Positions 1-7,199 of a DNA stretch of 12,838 nucleotides are shown here, piece after piece. The stretch is from Candidatus Zixiibacteriota bacterium. Its GTDB lineage: Bacteria; Zixibacteria; MSB-5A5; WJJR01. How positions within the stretch are numbered: the stretch's first letter is position 1; every line of letters begins with the position of its first letter. A program made the position numbers and the translations under genes. The DNA lies in assembly GCA_036170655.1 (NCBI GenBank), contig JAVHPP010000085.1, positions 1-12,838 of the forward strand, written 5' to 3'. A model generated the notes under the pieces. The model had not been told where the DNA came from. It saw nothing but the letters and a program-made list of their open reading frames with translations, and did not search any database.

Positions 1-2406
1 CAAGAACTGACCGCACGCAGGGATCGTGCCCGTGAGGACCACGCTCAAACGGCGCGCGAGATGTCACAGCTTAAATGCGCCATTGATTCTGTCGAAAACG
101 CCCTCGCCGAATTGCAGCATCAGTTCCAGGAGGCCAAGCTGCGTTTGGCACAACTCGAGTCGGAGCGCGTGCAGCTGGAAAGCGATGCGCGGTCATGGAA
201 CGAACGATTGCAAGAATGGGAATCCGCCCATGACCTCCTGTCGGGCATGATTGCCCGGGGCGAGGGATTGGGTCCGGCGACCGAAGCCGCGCTGGCGACG
301 CCCGAGCGTTGGAATGGGCACATCAGCGCTTTCAGCGACCGCCTGCATCCCGATGCAGGCTGGGAAAAAGCTGTCGAATCGGCCCTGGCCCATCGCGTCG
401 GTGCGTTGTGGTGCCAAGACCGCGAGTCGGCCGAAGCGCTCGTTACCTTTCTGACAGAAGCTCCACGTGGCCGGGCGGTTGTGCTCGACCCCTCGCTACT
501 TCCCGCCGTGGCAGTGCCACGGTCTGGGTGTGACGATCCGGGATTCTTGGGATATCTCTCTCAGAAGATCCAGTTCGCCCCGGATGTGCAGCCGTGGGTC
601 GAGTCGCTTTTGGGGTCGGTTGCAATAACAGAGACGGCCGGCGATGCCCGTCGTGTTTTTGATCTCTTGAAAGGGCAGTGCGCCGTCGTTTCGCGCGATG
701 GAATTCTGATCGAACAGAGCGGCGCGTTGCACGCGGGCGCCTCGACAGCGACGCATAGCGAATCTGTTGTCGGACGCTCCCACCGTCTGGCCGAGATCCA
801 GACACGGATTACCGCGGGCGTTCAGTCACAGGCGGCAACCCGTGGGCGTCTCGATGAGGTTGCATCGGCAGTATTGCGTTGTGCAGATGAGTCCGATCAG
901 GCCGAAAAACGCGTTCAGGCCAAGGAGGAGGAGCTCCGCACTTTGCACCTTTCGCTCGAAGGTGGCACTGCGCGAGCGACCGAACTTGCGCGTTTGCGCG
1001 ACGAGCTCGACAGCGACTTGACGCAACGGCAGTCATCGCTCGCAGCCGACGACGTATTTCACGGCCGTCAGGATGAAGCAATCCGTGATCAGGAAAGGCG
1101 CGTTGCCGACCTCACGGACAGACGGAAAGAGGCATCCGCCGCCGTTGCGCGCTTGGGAGAGATTCTTACCGCCGCCGGTGTGGCCGTGAACGATGCTCGC
1201 ATTCACGTCGTGGAAGTCCAGGCACAGTGCAACGCCCTCGATACAGACCATCAGCGGCTGAACGAGTCCATCAACGATATCAGGGAAGAGGAACGCCGCC
1301 TGCGTGAGCGGATCACCGCCAATGAATCCGAAGAGGCGGCTCTCCAGCGCGATGGAGAGGCGATCGGCCGTGAGCACGCGCGGCTCACACAGATGCGCGA
1401 TCACCTCGAGGCCGAGCGGTCTGCCACACGCGCCGCCGCCATGCGCCAGCATGAACTTTTCGCCGCCGCTGACGTCAGATTCAAAGAAATCCGGCGGAGC
1501 GCTGATGAGGCCGAACGCGCCCGTTCGCAGGTTGAGTTGGAAGGATCCCGGTTGAACATCGAGATTGATCAGTGCCGCCGTCGAATCAGCGATACACTGC
1601 AGACCGATCCCGACAATGCCCACGCGGAGGATCTGCCGCTGTCCTCTGAAGAACTCAAAGCCAGAGTCGCCGAACTGGGCGAACGAATCGAAAGTCTGGG
1701 TCCCGTCAATCCGCTGGCTCTGGAGGAATACGAACGCGAAAAGCAACGCTGGGATTTTTTCGAGAAACAGGTCGGTGATCTCCGCGCCGCCAAGAAAGCC
1801 CTGACGGAGACCATCGCCGAGTTGAACATCACTGCCGGACGGCAGTTCATGGAGACATTCGAAACGGCGCGGCTGAACTTCCAGGGAGTGTTTACCCAGC
1901 TCTTTCGCGGCGGCGAGGCCGATGTGCACTTGGCCAATCCCGATGATCCGCTTGATTCACCGATCGAGATTCTCGCCCGTCCCCGGGGGAAGAAATTCAT
2001 TGGGTTGCGTCAGCTCTCCGGCGGCGAACGCGCCCTGACGGCTTTGGCGCTTCTGTTTGGCCTCTACCTCGTCAAACCCAGTCCCTTCTGTATTCTTGAC
2101 GAAGTGGATGCGCCGCTCGATGACGCGAACTGCGGACGATTCCTCAAACTGGTCGAGCGTTTCAAATCCCGCACACAGTTTATCATCGCCACGCACAACA
2201 AGCTGACGATGGAAGCCGCGGATGTTCTCTACGGTGTAACCATGGAGCAACCCGGCGTCTCCCGGATTGTCTCAGTGCGGCTCGATCATGCCGGTGAACC
2301 GCAGAGCGGCGCCGCGCTGATCGTTCCGGACACCGATGAACTGGAGGCAGAGGGTCCGTCAGCCGCGCCTTCTGCAACCAAGACAGTCGCGCCCGCCGAC
2401 AACTGA
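1..2406 (+). CDS. smc: Chromosome segregation protein SMC, 5'-truncated by the window edge (coiled coil, hinge, C-terminal ATPase head)
   Basis: The frame is open from base 1, so the ATG at 61 is internal. It has a hinge region (VESAL...GRAVV...DGILIEQSGALHAG), long coiled coils, LGPVNPLALEEY, ABC signature LSGGE, Walker B/D-loop FCILDEVDAPLD and H-switch FIIATHNK. It lies next to ftsY. Confidence 0.97.
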   Translation, partial: QELTARRDRAREDHAQTAREMSQLKCAIDSVENALAELQHQFQEAKLRLAQLESERVQLESDARSWNERLQEWESAHDLLSGMIARGEGLGPATEAALATPERWNGHISAFSDRLHPDAGWEKAVESALAHRVGALWCQDRESAEALVTFLTEAPRGRAVVLDPSLLPAVAVPRSGCDDPGFLGYLSQKIQFAPDVQPWVESLLGSVAITETAGDARRVFDLLKGQCAVVSRDGILIEQSGALHAGASTATHSESVVGRSHRLAEIQTRITAGVQSQAATRGRLDEVASAVLRCADESDQAEKRVQAKEEELRTLHLSLEGGTARATELARLRDELDSDLTQRQSSLAADDVFHGRQDEAIRDQERRVADLTDRRKEASAAVARLGEILTAAGVAVNDARIHVVEVQAQCNALDTDHQRLNESINDIREEERRLRERITANESEEAALQRDGEAIGREHARLTQMRDHLEAERSATRAAAMRQHELFAAADVRFKEIRRSADEAERARSQVELEGSRLNIEIDQCRRRISDTLQTDPDNAHAEDLPLSSEELKARVAELGERIESLGPVNPLALEEYEREKQRWDFFEKQVGDLRAAKKALTETIAELNITAGRQFMETFETARLNFQGVFTQLFRGGEADVHLANPDDPLDSPIEILARPRGKKFIGLRQLSGGERALTALALLFGLYLVKPSPFCILDEVDAPLDDANCGRFLKLVERFKSRTQFIIATHNKLTMEAADVLYGVTMEQPGVSRIVSVRLDHAGEPQSGAALIVPDTDELEAEGPSAAPSATKTVAPADN

Positions 2407-2437
2407 CCTTGCTCCGCACGCAGCGCGGGGCTTCGAC

Positions 2438-3361
2438 ATGCGATCTTTTTTCCAGCGATTGAAAAACGGCCTGCGCAAGACGCAGACCGCGCTCACCTCT
2501 CAGATCAAAGAGGCGCTGGGTCTCAGCCCGTCATGTGACAAAGCCGTCCTTGAAGAGATCGAGACCGCGCTGATTGCTGCGGACTGCGGTCCGGCCGTCG
2601 CCGAAGAATTGGTCGCCCGCCTGAAAAAACGCAGCGCGGCTGAACGTGTTGCCGATTCGAACCAGGTCCTCGGATTGATCAAGCAGGAAATGACCGCCAT
2701 CCTCAGGAACGGGCAATCCACCGTCTCTTCGCCGGAAGTCGGTGGGTGCGTGGTGAGCATCTTCGTTGGCGTGAATGGCGTCGGCAAGACGACATCGATC
2801 GGGAAGATTGGGTGTCATTTTGCCCGTTTGGGCGAATCAGTTCTCTTCGCCGCGGCCGACACTTTTCGCGCGGCAGCCGGTGAGCAGCTGGAAATCTGGG
2901 CGGAGAGGGCAGGAGCGCAACTGGTTGGCTCGGCACCGGGAGGCGATCCTGCCGCTGTTGCGTTCGATGCGGTCAGAGCGGCACAGGCGCGAGGCATCCA
3001 TCATGTGCTGATCGATACGGCCGGACGCTTGCACAGCAAGTCAAACTTGATGGCGGAACTCGGAAAGATCAAGCGCACCGTAGACAAGGCCCTCGGCGAC
3101 AATGGGGGACGCTCCCAGGTTCTCCTCGTCATGGATGCCACGACCGGTCAGAACGGGCTGGCCCAGGCATCAGAGTTTACCAAAGCCGTCGGTGTCAATG
3201 GGATTGTACTCACCAAACTCGACGGCACCGCCAAGGGGGGGATTGTCCTGGCCATCTCACACCAGTTGCGTATTCCCGTCCGTTGGGTTGGCGTCGGCGA
3301 ATCGATCGATGACCTCGAAACATTCGACCCCGAAGAGTTCGTGCAGGCGCTCTTTGAGTAG
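2438..3361 (+). CDS. ftsY: Signal recognition particle receptor FtsY (short NG-domain form)
   Basis: SRP-GTPase motifs GVNGVGKTT, DTFRAAA, DTAGR, TKLDGTAKGG and GVGE. The start is placed at ATG 2438 (MRSFFQRLKNGLRKT, amphipathic membrane-targeting helix) rather than 2336, which overlaps smc. Confidence 0.96.
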   Translation: MRSFFQRLKNGLRKTQTALTSQIKEALGLSPSCDKAVLEEIETALIAADCGPAVAEELVARLKKRSAAERVADSNQVLGLIKQEMTAILRNGQSTVSSPEVGGCVVSIFVGVNGVGKTTSIGKIGCHFARLGESVLFAAADTFRAAAGEQLEIWAERAGAQLVGSAPGGDPAAVAFDAVRAAQARGIHHVLIDTAGRLHSKSNLMAELGKIKRTVDKALGDNGGRSQVLLVMDATTGQNGLAQASEFTKAVGVNGIVLTKLDGTAKGGIVLAISHQLRIPVRWVGVGESIDDLETFDPEEFVQALFE

Positions 3362-3604
3362 CGGCGGGGCCTAAGCGGAACCAGCCCGTCGTGTTCCGAT
3401 TTCTTCACCGATTCGACCCCTGTTTGACCGTCTCTCGCAATAGCAGCAAGTGCAGTCAACCTCTTGCTATCCACAATCTTACAGTCATATTCGTCCGATA
3501 TATTACATCCCTCGCTTCCCTGAAAGCGGCCGGAACGCAAGATCGTCCGAAGGGTGGAATGTGCCGGATTTCATCACTTTTCTTCAAAAGTCTGCTGTAT
3601 TCCA

Positions 3605-3634
3605 TTGACAGGTCATGGCCTTACGTAATTACTT
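3605..3634 (+). promoter_or_regulatory. Possible sigma70 promoter for rpsU-yqeY-cvpA
   Basis: Perfect TTGACA at 3605-3610 in an AT-richer intergenic stretch. The -10 is only a weak match within GTAATTACTT (3625-3634). Confidence 0.4.
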
Positions 3635-3761
3635 CGTGATTAGGGTGGTGGGAAATGCCCCTCAGGCAGCTCCTTCTATCCACTGTAAACCGATGTTGGG
3701 TATGGCGGAGTGGAACACTTTTTCGGGTACCGATGATCTTGGGAAGGATGTGAAATCGTAA

Positions 3762-3953
3762 ATGACCGGCGTTCGCGTACGCGACGACGAAAGTTTCGAG
3801 AGGGCACTGAAGCGTTTTAACAAATCTTGCGAAAAGGCAGGGATCCTACCGGATATCAAGAAGCATCAGTACTTTGAGAAACCGTCGGATCGCAAGAAAC
3901 GCAAGTTGAATCAAGCCAGACGGCGCAGCCGTAAGAAGTACAGCACCGAGTGA
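3762..3953 (+). CDS. rpsU: 30S ribosomal protein bS21
   Basis: 63 aa basic protein with ESFERALKRF...GIL...FEKPS.RKKRK...AR. Purine-rich GGAAGGA lies upstream. Confidence 0.97.
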   Translation: MTGVRVRDDESFERALKRFNKSCEKAGILPDIKKHQYFEKPSDRKKRKLNQARRRSRKKYSTE

Positions 3954-4420
3954 TGTCGACCGACCTACCCGCTCGTATCATGACGGATATGACCGCCGCG
4001 ATGAAGAGTCGCAGCGCTCTCCGCACCTCGGTGTTGCGCGGGCTGAAGTCGGATCTGAAGTACAAGGAGATCGAACTGGGGCATGAGTTATCTGAGGCCG
4101 ATTGTCAGGCAGTCCTGCGATCGGCCCAGAATAAACGCCGCGATGCCATCCGCTTGTATCGGCAGGGGAAGCGTGACGATCTGGCCCAGAAAGAGGAAGC
4201 GGAACTGGCGATTATCAGTGAATACCTTCCCGCCGCCATGGAAGATGCGGAACTTGGCGGAATTGTGCATGACATCATCACCGAGACCGAAGCTTCTTCA
4301 CCGGCCGACTTGGGACGGGTGATGAAAGCGGTCATGGCAAAAATTGCCGGGCGTGCCGATGGGAACCGGGTACGTCAGGCAGTGGCCGAGCGGCTTCAGA
4401 GCGCGGCCAAGGGCGTATAG
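3953..4420 (+). CDS. yqeY: GatB/YqeY domain-containing protein
   Basis: Motifs AAMKS...LR.LKS, KRRDAI..Y..GKRDDLA.KEEAEL.II.EYLP, DLGRVM and GRADG. The TGATG stop/start overlap with rpsU fits the classical rpsU-yqeY synteny. Confidence 0.93.
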   Translation: MSTDLPARIMTDMTAAMKSRSALRTSVLRGLKSDLKYKEIELGHELSEADCQAVLRSAQNKRRDAIRLYRQGKRDDLAQKEEAELAIISEYLPAAMEDAELGGIVHDIITETEASSPADLGRVMKAVMAKIAGRADGNRVRQAVAERLQSAAKGV

Positions 4421-4558
4421 GTTCTCGGAAACAATCGACCGGCACCGACGGTTCGGCAAGGGGCAGGTCCCGCGCAACGGACGCGGGATGAATCGGACGG
4501 TGGTCTTTCTGACACATCCAACCCCTTGTCCCCCCGCCGGCAAAAAGGGGAGGGCAGG

Positions 4559-5209
4559 ATGAACTTTCTCGACCTGTTGCTACTGGTCGGCGTCATTGCA
4601 TGCGCCGTCTGGGGAGCAAAACGCGGTTTTATCCGCATGATTATGATCACGCTCGGTCTGATGGGAGCGATCATCATTGCGGTCCACTACAACGACGCCT
4701 TCACGCGTGAACTGTCCTCGTACTTCCGCGCCGCGCCTCTCTGGGTCACGATGATCTCGTTCATTCTCTCATCGATGATCATTTTCGCCCTCTTCCGGCT
4801 GGGCGCGAAATTATTCTTCAAGATCGCCAATCTGCAGAACCTGGGAAAGACCGACCAATTCGGCGGCGCGTTGGTCGGTCTCATTTTCGGCTGGATCATG
4901 ATGGGGTATCTGATCTTTCTGATCGTGTTTCTACCATTGCCCTACACGATACAAACCAAGATTGAGGCCTCGGTCTTCGCTCTGCGCATGGGGTCCTCCG
5001 TGCCGTTGCTCTACGAATCGACCGAGAGACTCCACCCGTCACAGGCCGACTTCATGGTCAAGATGGAAGATGCCTTGCAGGGAGCGGTGCTCTATTCCCG
5101 CGCACCGAAGTCCCAGCCCGGAGGCAGAAGACACATGACGGCCACCGACGAAGCCCGTATCGAGGACTTTCTCAGCCGGCTGGATAAGTATTTCGTGGCG
5201 AGCACATAG
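4559..5209 (+). CDS. cvpA: CvpA family (colicin V production) membrane protein
   Basis: MNFLDLLLL...GAKRGFIR, about four hydrophobic segments and the D..GGALVG motif. The SD AGGGGAGG at 4546-4553 supports ATG 4559. Confidence 0.88.
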   Translation: MNFLDLLLLVGVIACAVWGAKRGFIRMIMITLGLMGAIIIAVHYNDAFTRELSSYFRAAPLWVTMISFILSSMIIFALFRLGAKLFFKIANLQNLGKTDQFGGALVGLIFGWIMMGYLIFLIVFLPLPYTIQTKIEASVFALRMGSSVPLLYESTERLHPSQADFMVKMEDALQGAVLYSRAPKSQPGGRRHMTATDEARIEDFLSRLDKYFVAST

Positions 5210-5224
5210 GAATCTGATTCCGTC

Positions 5225-5288
5225 TGGTGCCCCACGGCTTGCCGTGGAATTGCGCCGGAGGAACCCACAGCAAGCTGTTGGGGCGCCA
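5225..5288. repeat. Inverted pair of REP-like palindromic units between convergent genes; possible bidirectional terminator
   Basis: TGGTGCCCCACGGCTTGCCGTGG (5225-5247) matches the reverse complement of 5265-5288, TGGCGCCCCAACAGCTTGCTGTGG, at 20 of 24 aligned positions. Each unit is itself a hairpin. Confidence 0.7.
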
Positions 5289-5310
5289 ATTTGTCTCCCG
5301 CTTCTGTCCC

Positions 5311-5784
5311 CTATGGCCTCGGACACGTCTCGCTGCATGGATTGCACGGCGTCGCGCCACCGCCAAACGCGTAATCCACGGCGGCCACCACATCGAGCAC
5401 GTCCGTCATCGCACTGCCGTCAAAATCACACCGTTCGATGGGACACCCCGGATCAGACGTGCACGAACCGCCGCCGAACGCGCGGTCAATAATCGCCACC
5501 ACGTCCAGGACATCGGTCGCCCCCGATCCATCCGGATCACCCGCAAAGGGACAGTGGCACGTGCGCGCGCCGTACCAGAATCCCATCTTCATGCGGAACG
5601 ACGGCGATGCCACTTCGCCGGCAACCGGCTGTGCTGCGGATACCCCGAGCTTGAAACTCGCGGACGCTACAGCATTGCCACCGCCTCCATCCACGACATA
5701 CCAGTTGAGATTGTAGTTCGGCCCGGCCAGCGCCGCGACGGGGAGGAGCAACATCCCGAAGAAAGTAATCAGCTGTCTTTTCAT
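5311..5784 (-). CDS. Small secreted protein: Gly-rich N-terminal beta module + Cys-rich dockerin type I-like domain
   Basis: Signal peptide (AALA/G), YNLNWYVVDGGGG...GFW module, and two EF-hand-like repeats DPDGSGATDVLD and DFDGSAMTDVLD, each followed by a helix. SD GAGGGG; the gene starts 13 nt after the upstream stop. Confidence 0.85.
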   Translation of the reverse strand: MKRQLITFFGMLLLPVAALAGPNYNLNWYVVDGGGGNAVASASFKLGVSAAQPVAGEVASPSFRMKMGFWYGARTCHCPFAGDPDGSGATDVLDVVAIIDRAFGGGSCTSDPGCPIERCDFDGSAMTDVLDVVAAVDYAFGGGATPCNPCSETCPRP

Positions 5785-5797
5785 GTCTGTCCCCTCT

Positions 5798-6742
5798 CTA
5801 TGGGATTACCACGCCGTAGGCGGTGGGATAGAAGCACGCCGTGATGCGGTGATTCTGCGCCGAGGTGAAACTACCGGGCGCATTGTTGTTCCAAGTGCGT
5901 GCCTCCAGACGAAAGACATAGGTTCCAGCCGGCTTGAAGTACACGCGGTCCACAAAAATCGGCGTATCAAGATTTCCTGCATATCCAAATATGGCCACAT
6001 TGACTGCATGGGGATTGACAATATCGCCCCCTTGGTCCTCATCGATTTGGCAATATGCAGAGGACCAACCTGAAGTTGCAGACATATCGAAAGTCGTGCG
6101 TCCTTGAACGTAGATATAGCCAGCCGAGGGTGTCGTAATCATGCATGTAATGAGATCGACCATGGTTGTTGTGCCTTGCGCTAATATGATGTAGCCGGTC
6201 TGGGTGTTTGATGTGATTCCGGGTTCATCGATGACCGTGGTGGCATCGTGTGTGTGGATTGTCGGGGCATACGCCGCCGGTGGCTGACCACCCAGATTGT
6301 CAGCGTTATCAGCGTTATCAGCGTTAAGGGTCTGTGCCGACCGGAACGTGTACGGACTGGTGTTGAGTTTGATGCGCGGGAGTGTCTCCACGGGATGGAC
6401 ACCGTCGTTGACAGTCACCTCCAGCCACCGCGTGTTGCCGGAGAACACGGGATCAGTAAGTGGCACCAGCGCGCCGAGCTCGGCGGTCCAGAGGCCGTCG
6501 GCATCGGTGCTCAGGGGTTGCACTTCTCCGGGGCCGGCCGGCCAGATTTCGGTCCCACCCGCCTGGGCATCGTAGATCTTGAAAGTGAAACTCTTGAGCC
6601 CCGCCGGTACGGGATCACCGGCGGCGTTGGTGAGCTTCCCCTGGACAGTCATCCGCGTGGGGACGGCGGCGAAGCTCATTCCTGCCGCAGTCAGCATGGC
6701 TGCTGCGATCATGAGGATCGCCAATCGGTAACACTTGGGCAT
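5798..6742 (-). CDS. Secreted tail-fibre/adhesin-like protein (314 aa)
   Basis: SD AGGAGG lies just before ATG 6742; the ORF-track start at 6952 is unlikely. It has a signal peptide (SFA/A), a QGKLT...FKIYDA..GG...WLEV.V..PRIKL..SPY N-domain, a NADNADNADNLGG neck, HTHD and a beta-rich C-terminal domain. Function is inferred. Confidence 0.75.
   Translation of the reverse strand: MPKCYRLAILMIAAAMLTAAGMSFAAVPTRMTVQGKLTNAAGDPVPAGLKSFTFKIYDAQAGGTEIWPAGPGEVQPLSTDADGLWTAELGALVPLTDPVFSGNTRWLEVTVNDGVHPVETLPRIKLNTSPYTFRSAQTLNADNADNADNLGGQPPAAYAPTIHTHDATTVIDEPGITSNTQTGYIILAQGTTTMVDLITCMITTPSAGYIYVQGRTTFDMSATSGWSSAYCQIDEDQGGDIVNPHAVNVAIFGYAGNLDTPIFVDRVYFKPAGTYVFRLEARTWNNNAPGSFTSAQNHRITACFYPTAYGVVIP
6300..6326. 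repeat. Perfect 9-bp tandem repeat TCAGCGTTA x3, encoding the NAD-NAD-NAD tract on the minus strand
   Basis: Copies at 6300-6308, 6309-6317 and 6318-6326. Confidence 0.95.
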
Positions 6743-6948
6743 GGTGGACCTCCTGTTGAGTTGTGAAACGTAAGCATGAAGACCATTGCGTCTGATAGGC
6801 GACCTGCACGCCTCTTTTCTGCAAGGTGGCGAGCATGGTTGCCCGTGGACGAGACCAAAGACACCGTGCACGGCGAACGTCCTTACGTTGAACCAAGCCC
6901 CTCGCACGAACACGAAGGCTACTTGGTAGCTTAACAGCGCCTGGTGGC

Positions 6949-6985
6949 TCAAGCACTTACTTCAAGCACTTACTTCGGAAGTAAG
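6949..6985. repeat. 13-bp tandem duplication plus overlapping 17-bp palindrome (operator candidate)
   Basis: TCAAGCACTTACT at 6949-6961 and 6962-6974. CTTACTTC-G-GAAGTAAG at 6969-6985. Confidence 0.85.
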
Positions 6986-7010
6986 ATAGCATCTCAAGAA
7001 TATCTGTCAA
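6983..7010 (-). promoter_or_regulatory. Sigma70-type promoter for the fibre/dockerin gene pair
   Basis: The minus strand reads TTGACA (7010-7005), a 16-nt spacer ending in TG-n, then TATCTT (6988-6983): a perfect -35 with an extended -10. Confidence 0.65.
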
Positions 7011-7199
7011 CGGAAAAGGCGATGAATCGCTGTAAGATTCACGCGCGGTGTGCCGGCACTCCCATGATTAACCGATGGCCCGGCAGCGGAAGCACACTCC
7101 GCCACCGGACTTTTGCGCATGTCCCCGCTTGCGCGGCGTCACGGTTCCCTGTTACCCCCAGGCATCATGTTCAACACTCTCCGGGGTCAAAACCACCCG

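Noticed and set aside
1033..1929. 298-aa minus-strand ORF
   Set aside because: It lies entirely antisense to smc with no recognisable motif; typical shadow ORF in GC-rich DNA.
2336..2437. N-terminal extension of ftsY
   Set aside because: It overlaps smc, and the typical FtsY N-terminal helix begins at 2438.
3467..3475. DnaA-box-like CTATCCACA (8/9 match)
   Set aside because: It is a single imperfect copy with no box cluster or unwinding element, so it is not evidence of an origin.
3362..3761. SRP RNA (ffs) or tRNA next to ftsY
   Set aside because: I found no SRP domain IV motif and no cloverleaf/T-loop signature on either strand.
5227..5844. 205-aa plus-strand ORF
   Set aside because: Arg-rich shadow of the dockerin gene that runs through the REP-like repeat.
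5798..6250. Fibre C-terminus as a diversity-generating retroelement target
   Set aside because: No template repeat differing at adenines and no reverse transcriptase are visible in the window.
5798..6742. Prophage remnant
   Set aside because: The fibre-like gene has a signal peptide and a cellular promoter, and there are no integrase, capsid, tail or lysis genes nearby.
6780..6850. c-di-GMP-I riboswitch in the fibre leader
   Set aside because: Only a superficial GGGCAACC...GACGCAA resemblance; the expected stems, spacing and tetraloop/receptor are missing.
6743..6952. 70-aa N-terminal extension of the fibre ORF given in the ORF track
   Set aside because: A strong SD and a signal peptide point to ATG 6742; the extension looks non-coding.
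6949..6985. Tandem repeat as a CRISPR remnant
   Set aside because: Only two 13-bp adjacent copies, with no spacers and no cas genes.
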